Below are positions 11,631-25,464 of a stretch of DNA of 64,000 nucleotides, piece by piece. The stretch is taken from positions 107,386,001 to 107,450,000 of the forward strand of contig NC_087436.1 in NCBI RefSeq assembly GCF_036321535.1, given 5' to 3'. Source of the DNA: Camelus dromedarius. Taxonomy: Eukaryota. The position numbers were made by a program, and so were the translations under genes. Position 1 is the first letter of the stretch, and each line of letters starts with the position of its first letter. Under the pieces are notes generated by a model. That model ran no database searches. It worked only from the letters and a program-made list of their open reading frames with translations, and had not been told where the DNA came from.

Positions 11631-12395
11631 AAAGACTTATGAATTTGCAGCCCTAATCTTGGGTTAAATTTTTGTTTTCTTTATACAAAAAGAATTCTGA
11701 TTTCATGGCCCCGTCTAGTAAGACTGGCTGATAATTTAATTTGTCATTGAATCCCCTCCTCTCCATTTTAGGGCCATATAAGAAAATTTAGATCTTATGA
11801 AGAAGAAATTAGAAGAAAATGATGCCCCCATTCTCCCATCTCCCAATTTGGTCCCTATTGGTTAATGCCAAGATGTCCATATCCAAGCTCCATGCCTGCC
11901 ATGGTCACTTCAAGTCCACTGACCCTCTGCTTTTGAGGCATAAGCATCTTCCAAGGGTATAAATTTGAGGCTTTAGGTTCAACTCCCTTTCAAAACACAG
12001 TAATCCCTTTGAGATCCTGCCACCTCCCCAAGGTACCACCACAGAATAGCACACCAAACCCTGCCATTCATGACCGCCACATTCTAAGCTGGAGGGAAAT
12101 ATAAGCTATTTGCATTATGAGTTTGGCTACAGGTCAAACTCTACAAGTTTGCTCTACAAGTCCTGGAGTGCTAAGACACTCTAAATGCTGTGCCCTCTGG
12201 GGTAAAAATAAATCTTGCAGGAACTCTTTTCATTGTTAACCACAAAGCAAGCTGTTACTCAATGTGGAGTCAGCCCCATCAGTCAAGACTTTGACCCTCC
12301 CAGGTAAAAATGCCAAGACTCAAAACCCCTGGCATTCAACATTTTCCTGTGTATCTGCATCAGGAGAAAAGTAAGGTTCTAAATAAGCATTTTTC

Positions 12396-12992
12396 ACATG
12401 CACCCCAATGTTCATAGCAACACTATTTACAATAGCCAAGACATGGAAACAACCTAAATGTCCATCAACAGATGACTGGATAAAGAAGCTGAGGTATATT
12501 TATACAATGTAATACTATTCAGCCATAAAAACGACAACATAACACCATTTGCAGCAACATGGATGTTCCTGGAGATCATCATTCTAAGTAAAGTAAGCCA
12601 GAAAGAGAAAGAAAAATACCGTTTGATATCACTTATATGTGGAGTCTTTTAAAAAAGACACAAATGAACGTATTTACAAAACAGAAACAAACTCATAGAC
12701 ATAGAAAACAAACTTATGGTTACCGGGGGGGAAGGGGGTGGGAAGGGATAAATTGGGTGTTCGAGATTTGCCGGTACTGACTACTATGTATAAAATAGAT
12801 AAACAAGTTTTACTGTGCAGCAGAGAGAACTATATTCAATATCTTGTAGTAACCTATAATGAAAAAGAATATGAAATGTATGAGTATATGTATGTACATG
12901 TATGACTGAACTATTATACTGTACATCAGAAATTGACACAACATTGTAAACTGACTATACTTCAATTTTTTTAATGGGAAGATAAATGAATC
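12396..12992 (+). mobile_element. 5'-truncated young L1 (ORF2 end plus 3' UTR)
   Basis: catgcaccccaatgttcatagc...gcagcaacatggatg...gacacaacattgtaaactgactatacttcaat; exact 14-bp TSD aataagcatttttc at 12382-12395 and 12993-13006. Confidence 0.92.
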
Positions 12993-13019
12993 AATAAGCA
13001 TTTTTCTATCTGCAGCAAC

Positions 13020-13438
13020 GATTGCTCTGTGTTAGCCAAATCCTTGTTCCTTTTCCATCTGAGCGCACAATTAGACCACATTTGTCATCTCCCTTGCAGT
13101 TAAATGTGGCCATATGACCATGTCCTGGCCAGTGGAATGTGGGCAGAAAGGCTGTGCACCTTCCAAGCTAGGTCGCTGAAATCTGCCCACACAGTCATCC
13201 GTGTTTCATCCATATGTCAGCATTGCCCTACATCCACCGACCTGATATACAGGCACCACTGGAAAATTCAGAGGTCCTAGGAACTTCCTAGATGGAAGGA
13301 GCCTGGTTCCCCCTAATACCTCCCGGAGCAGGCCCCAGCACCAACCCCAGAGGCAACCCATTTTGTTCTACGGTTTGAATGAGAAATAAATGTTTACTTT
13401 GCTAAGCCACTGAGATTGGAGAGTGGCTGATAAATACA
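13020..13438 (+). mobile_element. MaLR LTR (MLT1J-like)
   Basis: tcccttgcagttaaatgtggccatatgacc...ggccagtggaatgtgggcagaa...gatggaaggagcctgg...gagaaataaa...taagccactgagatt. Confidence 0.8.
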
Positions 13439-14199
13439 CTCTCTGAATACTGAATAATGACTATGTTTTAAACCAAAAAAAGCCAGAGGGAAAAATTTGG
13501 TGAATTCAAAGTACTTTTTTCCAGGGGAGCCTCACTGGTGATACCATATCCCTGGAGAAAAAAGGAAGTGAGAGAGAAAGCGAAAGGGGCCGGGTTGGAT
13601 GTGCCAAACCAGAGGGCAATTCTATCCACAGTTGTGTGTGCAGTGGACTAGTCACCTCGATTTTCTGCCTTTGCAAGAAAAATCTTGACCTAAGGATGCA
13701 TATTTTACAAAAGTGCATCCCAAACAGGGCTCTTGACTCCTGAGAGTCATCAAGCTAATTTTAATATTTCAGTATTTCTAATTGTAATTGTACATTTACT
13801 TCATATCAGGTCTCCCATGCTATCTAAAATGTCAATTTTATTGCTTTAAGCTGAAATTATATAAACTCATTGTGGTAATACCAGCTTCTAATGCATGCAA
13901 ATGCAAAAATGAATTAGTTATAACAATGCTCTCAGTTTCTTAGCAGATAGAATCTGTCAGAACATGAAGTCCAGAAAGTAAATCAGTTGTAAGAGGAATC
14001 TTTGATTGTGAGGATTCTGACAACTATGACGTGTGTGTGTAGGTGTGTGGGAGGCAGCGGGGTCAGGGCATTTATTAATCCAGGCCACCTAGAATTCAGT
14101 CAACTCTCAGGATTCTCTTGGTAACGGAGTCTGATCTTCCTTTGGGTCTCTGCCTTTCTCCTGTGCAGCCTATATGCTCCTGGAGAAGCTGACACTGCA

Positions 14200-14560
14200 C
14201 CCCACCCAACAACCCATCAGCTCCAAGGAATAATTAAGGCCATCTTCACATCTCATCTCATTGGGTACAGGATTTAGAGTCGGGCTTGAAACCCAATCAA
14301 ACGATGAGACATGAGAAAATGGATGTTAGGGTTTCTGAGAAAGAAGGTTCCCACTCTTCCATGCGAGCTATCTAAAAAGGACATGCTCTTCCTACGATGT
14401 ACGAATTTGGAAGGTTTCGGCAGCCTGTTATAAACATAAACAGGACTAGCTTTGGGATATGGAGGAAAGATGGAAGGAACTGAGCCTCTGAGAACCAATA
14501 AATTCCCTTTATGGTGTAGGCCTATTTGGGTTGGGCTTCCTGCTAGTTGCAGCCAAAAGA
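14200..14560 (+). mobile_element. old MaLR LTR (MLT1K/L-like)
   Basis: 3' end aataaattccctttatggtgtaggcctatttgggttgggcttcctgctagttgcagccaaaag. Confidence 0.55.
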
Positions 14561-14579
14561 TGCATATACAGTAAGCAGA

Positions 14580-14775
14580 CATGTTGGAGGTGTATGTGCA
14601 TGTATCTATGTCTGTATATACATACATATAAATGCATATGTATACGTATATGTTATATGTATCTGCATGCTTACATCTGTTTATCCCCACATGTGGTTTG
14701 ATGTAGATGTATGTGAGTGTAGATGTAAGTGGATGTGTATACGTATACCTGACTCATATGTGTATCTATATAGCG
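14580..14775. repeat. degenerate (TATG/TGTA)n low-complexity repeat
   Basis: Alternating purine/pyrimidine-rich tract, directly visible. Confidence 0.8.
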
Positions 14776-16059
14776 TAAATCCCCTCCAAATAAAGGAAAC
14801 GTACCGAGTGTTTTTTCTAGCTGTCTTGAATATTGGCCCATATCACCAGCCCTGCCATGAAGATATATGTGAGATAATTAATGGCCGGCTCAAGTGGGAT
14901 TCAGTTAAACATCACTTGCTTTTATTGATTGAAGGCCATAGACTCCATCAGATTTAGCATGAAAGCAATATAAGACAGCAGCAGTGCATCACTCAACATT
15001 TCCAAAAGCCATACTGCTATATAATTAAGGATTTACTATGGAGTAATTTTCAAAACAAACAAAAGATGTTCTGCCCTTCAAGGTGCTGACAGGCCGGTAC
15101 TAACAATGGCAGACAAGTAATCACAAAAAGCACTCAATACACTCAAAGCTCAGCCGCTGGGCTTAGGAGTTCTAAGAACGAAAGGCAGTCCATAGAGGCA
15201 GAGCCCGCAGAATGCCTTTTGGGAGCCTTCCAGGGCACACCCGCAGCTGTGCTGTCAGAGTGGAGCAGGAGCTCGTCGCAGGACATCACTCACAGTGTCG
15301 CTGCCAGTGAGTCTGTCTGCCTCATCGACGTGATTTTAATTCACCAGAATTGTTATGCCACCAACTCAGCTTTAGCCACCCAAATCTTCCTCCTAAAAAC
15401 ATGCCTCCATCATGACAACCTACACGCCACTTGTATTCCTATAGACTCTTTGGAGAAGTGGTAAACGGAGCTGGGATTAGGGAGCAGCAAGCGTGGTGCG
15501 TGGGGTGCTAAATTCAAGAAGGTTCTCGCTCTCAGCCCTGGCCGTGGTGTTAAATACCAGAAAGAAATCACTCAGGTTCAAAGGCCTCGCTGCAGATCAC
15601 GAGCAGGTTTTATCTCCAAACTGTGGCAATGCGCAGGTGTGCCACGTGCCTCGGGACCAGACTGCAGCTAATCCACCTAAATCCTGTGAGTGTTTGCACA
15701 TATGAGAGGATCTCTGATTGCTAATCTCCTTTCAGGGATTGGTTTGGAACTTCAAAAGCATCTTCTTCCCATAGTGACAAAGGAGGTGCAGTGGAGGACC
15801 ACAATCTGGAAAGGACGCATTAAAGAGTGGAATTGAGCCAAATAAAATACAAAATCAGACTGAAAAAGAACAATTTCCATGATCATCAAATTATTTCAGA
15901 TGAGCTACATTGGAAGAGCAAGCACTGCTCTCTGTGTAGCTTGTGACAGATGGTCTAGAAGAAACTGCCCAGACCTCTCTCCCTTGGAGCCTCAATCAAA
16001 GACCACCACGTAGCATGGGTACCACATCAAACCCTTCTCTTGACCTCCTCCTTCCTGCC

Positions 16060-16700
16060 ATGTGCAGCCCGTGTCCAAACACCACTGACTCTCATTCCTT
16101 GACAAATGCCTTCCATATGTCCATTTACCTTCCTCTCTGCAGCCTCTTCTCTGTGCAAAGTCGGTGGGAATCCTCTCAAACCCGGAAAGCTCCAAGTGGA
16201 CTCCCAACTTCCAGGTGTGTTACCATCCAGCCGATCCTACTGCAGCCTGAGCCATGTTTCTGAAACACAGATTGTTCCAAGGTTGTTCTCTGACCCCAAA
16301 GTTCGACCTTGATGATCTATGCAAAGCCTGGTTCCTTCCTCCCTTCTATCCACATTCACACAGTGTCCCTCTCAGAAGCTCTTCTAACCTTTCCAGCCTT
16401 TCAAAGCCACCATGCTCCTTGCTCTTTCTCAGCAATGATTCTTGGCAAATTATGTTTCTTCTGCCTAGAACTTTTTCTCCCTTTGCCTGGGCTAACCCTT
16501 ACTTACCTACTTTTGGCGAGATTAAGGATGCTTTTTTAAGGACACATTCCCCAAAAACAGTTAGGTCCCCCTGTCCCGTGTTCCCATTAGACCTTGTGCA
16601 TCCCTTATCACAACACTCATGGTACTTCATTTTCAAATGTGTTTAGTTGTCTGATTTTCCTGTTAACATATAACTTTTCTGAGAGCAGGGATTGCCTTAA
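16060..16700 (+). mobile_element. L2 LINE 3' region
   Basis: tgtttcttctgcctagaac...ggctaacccttactt...ataacttttctgagagcagggattg, typical L2 3' sequence. Confidence 0.65.
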
Positions 16701-16824
16701 GCAGGAAAGCTAAGAATGAAAAGCTCATTTGGTCTATTTTTTCCCTAAATCCATTGATTCATTCACCAAATGAACAGTCAGCATTTATAATGAGCTAAGC
16801 ACTATACCAAACCCTAGGAGGAAA

Positions 16825-17296
16825 TGTTACCGAGTCCAAACTCATTCTTGTTGCTGCACAACAGGCCAATAAATCAGGAGATGAGGTGTTGGGGCAAGGA
16901 ATGATGACTTTATTTAGAAAACCAGCAGATCAAGAAGATGGTGGACTAATGACCTAGAGATCCATCCTCCTCGAGTTTGAATTCAGGCTTCTTTTATACT
17001 AAAAGGGGAAGGGGTATAGTCCTGGTTCAGGCCAGACTCCAGAAAAAAAGTGTTAATTTCTTCCGTCCTACAGCCATTAGCAGGTGGGCCTGATCAAGAT
17101 GTTTCCTGTGAGCTAACAAAGGTATTTTAGTTTAACACGCATTACCTGGGAGGCAGCGTTCCCAGAGGTTGACCATTATGTACAATTTAAGCTGATAGGC
17201 AACAATCCCTTTAGTGATTAACAAGCAATAGAATATAAAGATTAAAGTAAAAGAAACAGATCTAATATAGGCTCAGATTTGTTCTTCCCTATTACA
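16825..17296 (-). mobile_element. ERV1-class solo LTR, about 472 bp
   Basis: TGTTA...TTACA termini, 4-bp TSD gaaa (16821-16824 and 17297-17300); tttatt and ttttata read as polyA signal and TATA box on the minus strand. Confidence 0.85.
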
Positions 17297-19184
17297 GAAA
17301 GTGGTTGATGAGTCCAACCAAGCCAGTCCCTGAACATACAATCAGAGTTTGAATCATCTTCCAAACTACTAATTAAAGTTCACCAACTTTGTTCTAATAG
17401 TATCCCATTTCTACCCCCAAGATCCTCAGGGAAGAATCAAAGAGAAAGTAAAAGGTTACCTGCAGCTTTCCTAAGTGTATTGCTGCCAGTCCCCCCAATG
17501 CCTTACAGATTCAGAGCAGAGAAAGGGGATGGACGGGGGGAGGAGAAAGGATACCGAAAACCATGGGATGCTGCTTTCGCCTTGTTTGCCTGTGAAGTCA
17601 TCAAGGAAGAAAGGAACCCTCTGGGTCCACTGGCGGAAGTGGATTTAGGATTTAGGCTCAGGGAGCAGACAGTAAGTCTGCTCCTCAGAGAATTCCATCA
17701 TAAAAGTTGTGAAGCTTCTCAGTCAGGACAGATGGCACAAATGTCCACCCAGCCAATGTGGTGTACTGACGGCGCTGGACATCTTTCAGCCCCTGACCTA
17801 GCCAGAGAGCCCTCCTTCCTGTCTTCCAGAAGGCAACACTGTATGTACCCACATTCCCTTTTCTGGGACCCTCTTCCTTGGGTACAGTGGTACATGGCAC
17901 AACACTGGTCCTCAACTTAGGGTTTTTTTTATAACATTTAAAGCAAAAATATACTCTGCCCATTTTAAGTGATTCTAAAAGATTATTATATTCTCATTTC
18001 ATGTGTGAGTTTTATGCATTGCATTCTGCCTAATGACTTCTTGCATTGTAACCTTCCTGTGTAATAATCAAAATGCATAAATAATGAGTGATATAGTTAA
18101 TATTATTCCTGAAATCAACGTGAGGCCATTGAAATATACCGAGAAGGTTCAGGTCAGTGAGAAGGAGCTTATGACAAAGATCTTCCCTGAAGGTCTCTTT
18201 TTGTAACATTCACTTTATGTGCTTAGAGTTTCATCAAGGAGACAGACACTATACACACAAATCAGCAAACAAACAAGAAAAACCCACAAAAATCTATTTA
18301 TAACTATGATAAAAACAGATGTTCTAGCTTCCAATCACGGTAGAGTAACCTATGTCAGAATTATCTGATTGTGAATTTCAATAGCAATCTCTCAACATAA
18401 CATCAAAGGCAACTTTCTGAAGGAGCTGAAGATGATGCAAAGTGAGCAGCAACTGGGGAAGATTCAGACCATGAAAGAAGGGAAGTGAACCAGCGCCTGA
18501 TCCATTTTTAAAGGTGTTTACCCTGAGGACACGCCTCAGAGAACTCAAGCAGAAAGTTTCTGTCCTCCTGGCCTGATGGGGGACAAAAAGGAGCTCGAGT
18601 GAGAAGAGGGACTGGGAACCGAGGGAGGAAATCCAAAAAAGGAAAGAGCTAAAATTGAATAAAATCACCACGTTTTCATTATCTATTTTCCCGGTTACCT
18701 TTTACTTATAATGCATTGTGCTAGTTTTCTGCACATCACTGTGATAAACGTTTTTTCTTTATAAATACATTTTTAAATAAAAATAAAAATGAGTCCGTGT
18801 AAAGAAAGCATCAATGCAGGTATCTGGCGATCACTTTAAAAGTGGTAACCAAATACCTGAAATGTGTGAAACTCTGCATTCGGCCATTATTTTCACCCAT
18901 TCTAAACCTGCAGCCAAAGATTAATTTCCCCTCTATTCACGTGAATTTCTTGTCTGTGTACGTGCACTCTGACAGTAAGGAAGATGTTGATCAGCTTGCC
19001 CTTTGGGGTTTTTATTGGGGAGGAAATTGGAATATTGACTATTTCCAAACTACAGGGGATCCCTGTTTTCCAAGACAGCAAGTAGCAGAGGTGAGTGGGC
19101 TTGGGTGTCAACCAGCGGGCCCCAGGGAAGGACAGTATGGCTGCGTCCTAGGTACGTAGGCTGCATGCAATGCACCTGTTAACC

Positions 19185-19320
19185 CCTCTGAACAATGGCT
19201 TTCCCATCTGTGAATGAGTGATCATTCTTATTCACGGGACGGTTGTGAGGATTAAATGAGATGATAGATGTGAAGCCCTGAGAAAGTGCCAGGCCCGCAG
19301 CTGACAATTCACCAACAACA
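19185..19320 (+). mobile_element. MIR SINE
   Basis: tttcccatctgtgaatg...ggttgtgaggattaaatgagatgatagatgtgaagc. Confidence 0.8.
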
Positions 19321-19713
19321 GTCCTGGCTCAGACATCGCTATTTATCCAAAGCAGCCATTGGACGTTCAGAGGGCTGCAAAGATAGTGGTAAGCAGGGTT
19401 GGGCGGGGATCCTTTGAGCTATAACATCCAAATGAAGCTAATTCCCTCAGTCAATTTAACTTGGCAGTGGGAGGGGGTCTGGTGGGAGGGACACATCTCC
19501 AGACTTAAAGTGTTAAAACTTACAATTCTGAGGTGTAGGGGAGCAATATTTTTCCGTGGCTCACACTGGTGAGTGAAGGGCTTCTCTCATTAGACGCCGC
19601 TTCTCTGAAGTGAATTCTCCCACTTTTACAAGCACCTGCTCTTGTTTACACAAATCTGGCAAAGGAACTGAGGCAGAACGGAAGTCATGGGTGTAGGGAA
19701 AAATGTCCCCTGC

Positions 19714-20464
19714 TTGTGGACAAAAGGGAACCCTCCTACACTGTTGGTGGGAATGTAATTTGGTGAAGCCACTATGGAAAACAGTATGAAGATTACTTTA
19801 AAAAGTAAAAACAGAGTTACCATATGATACAGTAATTCCACTCCTGGGCGTATACCCTGAGGAAACTCTAATTTGAAAAGGTACATGCACCCCAATGTTC
19901 ATAGCAGCGCTATTCACAACAGCCAAAACATGGAAGCAACCTAAATGTCCATCAACAGGTGACTGGATAAAGAAGCTGTGAGATATATGTATATATATAT
20001 ATATATATATACATATACACACACATACTCAGCAATAAAAAAAGAATGAAATAATGCCATTTGCAGCAACATGGATGCATCTAGAGGTTATCATACTAAG
20101 TGAAGTAAGTCAGAAAGAGAAAGAAAAATATCATATGATATCACTTATATGTGAAATCTTAAAAATGATACAAAGGAACGTATTTACAAAACAGCAAGAG
20201 ATCCACAGACATAGAAAACAATCTTATGGTCACCAAAGGGGAAGTGGGGGAGGGATAAATTAGTAGTTTGGGATTTGCAGATACACACTACTGTATATAA
20301 AATAGATAACAAGGTCCTGCTTTACAGCACAGGGAACTGTATTCAATACCTTGTACTAAACTATAATGAAAAAGTATATACATGTGTATAACTGAATCAC
20401 TATGCTGTACAGCAGAAACTAACACAACATGGTAAGTCAACTCTACTTCAATAAAAGAAAAAAG
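19714..20464 (+). mobile_element. 5'-truncated young L1 (ORF2 end plus 3' UTR)
   Basis: ORF track fragment MPFAATWMHLEVIILSEVSQKEKEKYHMISLICEI is the L1 ORF2 C-terminus; aataaa plus A tail; imperfect TSD ggaaaaatgtcccctg / ggaaaatgtccctg. Confidence 0.92.
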
Positions 20465-20611
20465 AGGAAAATGTCCCTGTTAACTCTTTCTGATTAATGT
20501 GAGGCATTAGGTGCCCCACCTCTTGCTGGACTTGTGGCCTTTTGCCATTTGTTATTCCAATCAAAGTCCAGCATAGTAGTCCAACAAACACTATGAAAAT
20601 AAAATCTCATT

Positions 20612-21378
20612 TGTCTAGGAAAAACGCACAGTTTTCCTTTACTCTCACACTCACGAGACTTCTGACACCAGATGTGTGAGTTTTTCTCACACCCACCAAT
20701 TCTCTGTCACTACCTGGGTGTCTGGTAATTGGAACCAGTTCTGCCACCATCTACCTAGAGTTAGCATCAGATCCCACGAGTCAGTGCTCCCACACACTGC
20801 TCCCACCTCAGAGGCCAGTCATAAGTCCCAGGTTGTCACCTGTACTTCTCACTGACCAGCTGTAACCTGGGGCTCCTGCACCCTCCTCCTTGGTTTCAAC
20901 AGTTTGTTAGAACAGCTCACAGACTCAGAGGAACACTTACGTGTGTTTATCAATGTACTATATAATAAAAGATATGATAAAGGATACAGATGAATAGCCA
21001 GATGAAGAGATATACAGAGTGAGGTCCAGAAGGGTCCCCAGGGCAGGACCTTCTGTTCCCATGGCGCTGGGTGTGTCACGATCCCAGCTTGGACGTGTTC
21101 ACCAACCTGGAACCTCTCCAGACCCTATACTGCAGGGATTTTTATGGAGGTTTCATCACACGGGTGTGATCGGTTATTATCTCCACTTCCAGCCCCTCCC
21201 CCCTCCCTCACGAATGGCTTGGTCTTCCTCATGATCAGCCCCCACCCAGAAGCCCACCAAGAGTCACCCCATTAGGATAAAAATGCTCCTGAAATTCAGG
21301 GCGTTACAGGGCTGTAGGAGCTCTGTGTCAGGAACTGGAGCCAGAGAAACACATATATATGTCTACCTTATTTTACAT
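20612..21378 (-). mobile_element. MER21-like LTR
   Basis: acttctgacaccagatgtgtg...ctacctagagttagcatcagatcccac...aaaggatacagatgaatagccagatgaagagat...gtgttcaccaacctggaa. Confidence 0.8.
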
Positions 21379-23937
21379 CAGTGTAATCTAAAAAACACTG
21401 AATCCTTGGGATCATTTATTTCTATATTCCAAGCAATATTTGCTACATTTGCTATAATTAAATCTCAGTCCAACAATACAGTCTGAGAAGTTTTCTATGT
21501 AGTTTTCTCATGAGGTTGGCCTTATATTCTTTAGAGAGGCAGCCAGAAACTATAAAAGTGAGAGAAGCAATAGGGAATATTAAGGATGAGGTCTGGCCCC
21601 TTCTATTCTAGTGCAATTGGACATCACTTTCGTTAGGACAAAAAAACCAGCATGTGTTGCCTCATCCTTTTCTGGACCACTTTCCCCAGCTTGCTGCTTT
21701 TGTTTTATTTCTGCCTCTGTTATTTAGAAGCCTGGAGGCTCCTGCTAAAAATAAAGACTTCATTTTATGGCATAATGACCAAATGCATAGGGCAAACATT
21801 TAGTTTAGAGTGGTTTTCTTTCCCCAAACCAAGTGACCCCTAAATCAATCATTGTTTCTGTTTTTAACTGGACTGTCAGTGATGGAATGGAAAACATTTT
21901 AAAATTCCCCCAAATCGCCTATACTTCCCTACAATGTTCGTTTATTCCATTTTGTCTCTGGTCTGTTGAGGTATGTTTATACTAAATTTTTTTTTCCTCA
22001 TTCTGTCTTGAGGTGGTGTTTTCTCTCCCTCTCATGTATCTGGGTTTCCAAAAACTCTAGTGACCAGAATTTTGTGGCAGTAGAAAGCAGAAAACTCACC
22101 AAAGACCTTCTTTCCTTCGTGGCAATCACCCATATACCTCCCCACTAAGAATTTTTAGATTTCACACATTTAGAAGGACTATGATTCTTTATTTTATCTA
22201 TTTTTTGATGCCTTAAGTAGAGCTGTCAATTTTTCCAGGCTGAAAGGAAAAAAAAATTATTTGCAGTGTTCTGCACAAATATTCTACGTGTGGCTTTTAT
22301 AGTTAAAAACACATCATCTCCTCCAAGTGTAAATATTTTCTTGGGATGAGAAATCCAATAAAGCCACAGGTCCCTGGCCTTTGTGGTTGGTATAAACAAG
22401 CTGTTCTTTCAGAGCTTTCAGTCTCAAAATGTGACAGCCACGATTTAGTTTAAAAGTCATACTTTGCATTTTTTAAAAGGGTTTGCAAGTTTTACTCACA
22501 TGCGGTTAAATGTTTCCACATCTCTGAAGTCACCTGCTAGGATCAGCCTCACTTTACATATGGGAAATCATTTACGGGACGTGAACAATATTTCCTTTGT
22601 ATTGAACCACAAGCTGGCTTAGCATCACCTTCACAATTAAGTGAGTTTCCAAAATTATTTTCCTGGTGTGCACTGTGATTCTTTTCTTCTCTCAGAAATA
22701 GAGAACAAAATTGCCTTATCATGAGTCCTCACTTTGTCTTTTGAACGTCAACGCTTTCACTCTTCTGAATCATTTAGCTGAGCCCCTGAGGATGTGTGGT
22801 GGAGTCTAAAGAATCTGTACACGTTGCAAATGTTAACTTAATGTCTCCAGGTCTATTTCCATATGTGTACGTATGTAGTTACAACCTCTCATGCTCCTTC
22901 GGCTTCTTACTGATGTATTTCTTACAAGATCTATTTCCAAAATGCGGTTATGTCTTGGTGTTGAGGTTATGATCTGTTCGACAATAAGTATATACAAAGG
23001 GGAAAGCATTTTTTCTTTAAATGAGACCACATGAGAACTTAGAGAAATTCTACCAAGCGTCACCAGACCCTGATTCTAACCACTAATATTCTTCGAAGCA
23101 AGTTGCTTGAGCCTTCCTCCCCATCCCTTGGAAGAGAGAGAAAATGAGCTACACAGGCCTACTGTTCTCTCTTGAGCACTTGCAACAACTGTTTTGAAAG
23201 GCCACATAGATGCATTGAGTAATAATGTCACAGCTGGCGGCCAGTCTTGGGGGCTAAATAAAGCTAACATTCCAGGGGCCTCGGCCCTTCATTCTTGGGT
23301 ATTTTTTTGTCCACGTCAGCACATCATCTTTTTTTAGGAAGCAGAAATGCTGGTGGTACAGCTGCTCTTTGTGTCAGATGGTATCACAGAAAGGGACCCA
23401 GAGTCCCTTTCCAGACCTCCCGCTTCCCTTTCCACAGTGGTCCAATGAAAGTAAGACCTTCATTCAGAATCATGAAACAGAGAACTGAAAAGGCTCTACT
23501 CATGGAGTCTGCAGAGGAATCCTCAGTCAGGGTCACAGAGTCTTCTGAGCTGGAAATGATATTAAAGGTCATTTAGAAAGATGCAATCATTTATAAACAA
23601 AGAAGAGGGCCAGGGACTTGCCTGGAAAAGCACTGTTACAAGGCAGCAAAGCCAGGACTCAGGTCCAGGTGTTCCCATTCCAAGTCCTGTCTCTTTCCAG
23701 CATTTCCATTTTGTTTGACAATACAACTGATTACTACTCTCAAAGGCAGGATATGCTGGTGCCATAGAGCGCCTGTACTCAAAGCTTTTTTCCCAAAATT
23801 TCTTTAATTTTTTTCTAGCTTTTAACAGGCACTTAATCTTTACTTGGTAGTTCCACTTTCTAACAGGCATATAGCTAACTATAACCAAAAGGATCATGAA
23901 AATTCGACTCTGGGCCACAGTCTCTTCACTCCATGCC

Positions 23938-24030
23938 TTTTTTTTTTTTTTAATGGAGGTGCCGGGGATTGAACCCAGGACCTTGTGCATGCTAAGCATG
24001 ACGTCTACCACTGAGCTAGAACCCCACCCC
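23938..24030 (-). mobile_element. camelid tRNA-derived SINE (Vic-1 type), short form
   Basis: poly-T then aatggaggtgccggggattgaacccaggaccttgtgcatgctaagcatg...ctaccactgagcta. Confidence 0.92.
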
Positions 24031-25464
24031 ACATGCTTTATTTTTTAATCACCTCCTCTACTCTTTCCCCCTCTCTCCCTGGTAAAAATGGCAAGAGGAG
24101 AAACAAATCTGAAAATACGTGTTGACACATGCTTGGCACTGAGTTTCACACACTAGAATAAAGGAAACTCATAACTTTTTGCGGCATACCCGAAATGAAT
24201 TGGTAACACACTGACGAGAAAACAGTGAACCAGACCTCCAAACTGAGAAGGAGAGTTCAAGTGATCAGCACATTTTGGACAAGTATCTCTTGCCAGGGTC
24301 AACATACAATCAGAATTCTGGCACTCCATTTTGTTGGATCAACATCACACTTTAAAAAAAAAACAAACACCAAAATGCTTTTTAAAAATTTTCCCCATGA
24401 TATAAATGATTTTATACAGAGACAAAGAATCTATACTTGGATAAATTTATGTGGATTGGAATAATACTTCTTTGAAGATTGCCAGATAGCTCGCCTTTGA
24501 CAGAGAGGAAGAAAGTCACGGTTCCCTCCATCAGATCAGCCCCCAAGTTTCCCTTCAGCTTGTACCTCATGTTCCAGGACACAGCCTGATTCTAGAACCT
24601 GTGTTACAAGGTCGGGTTTGGATGAGAGTACACAGTAGGTTTTCTAAGCCAAGAACTGACCATTTACCTTCCTCATCTTTCTCTCCTCATCAATACCTAA
24701 CATAAGTCCAAAAAGTTTATAAATAAACTACAGATGTTTGGGGGTAGGGGGAGTGGTCAGAAAAACAGACAGAGACATGTCATTCCTTCAGTGACTTCTG
24801 GCAAGATGTCCTGTGTCGATATGTCATGACGTGGGTTCACAAAGCCCACACCTACTTTAGGCACTTCACCTTAAAGCTCTTCCCATTCTGCACGGTGAAA
24901 TGAGAGACTGATGAGGAAGCGTGGAGAGAAGCAACAGGTGTAGACCAAGCATCATCCTACCCACTTGGCCAAGCAGACATAGTTCCTCTTCACAGCAATC
25001 CTGACAGCCAACAAGTCTCATTCTCTTTTTAAATATTTAGAAATGGAGGGTTACCCAGGTTCAGCAACTTTCTCAGCTCAAAGCTGAAGAAGAGTGGCAT
25101 GGGGATTTCTTGGACAATAAGACCTGTTGGCTTTGCCCCAAATCATGACACTTGAAGCTCATCTTCAAAGTGTGAAGATTTTAGCTCTTCACTCCTAAGC
25201 AAGAGGACAAGCCTCAGGGCCATATTCATTCTTCCTGTGAAACTGCATCTTTAAAATATCAGTGTATTTCATTTTGGCAAAATCCAGACTCTTCTAAACA
25301 AATGGTGGCTGGAAAGGAGGAGGCTTAGCGTCTCGGCTGGGATTGTGTATTTATATTGATGGGTGAAAAAAATGCCATGCAGAGTTGGCGGGACACTATC
25401 TGGTTTTCAGTGTAGGGGTCGCTGAGATAAAAGCCCAAGAAAGACATCCTCCCATATACATGTG

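Noticed and set aside
14274..14957. Overlapping 138-aa and 136-aa ORFs
   Set aside because: They arise from a stop-poor TATG/TGTA simple repeat.
17480..17920. 146-aa ORF
   Set aside because: Non-ATG start, no domain similarity that I recognise.
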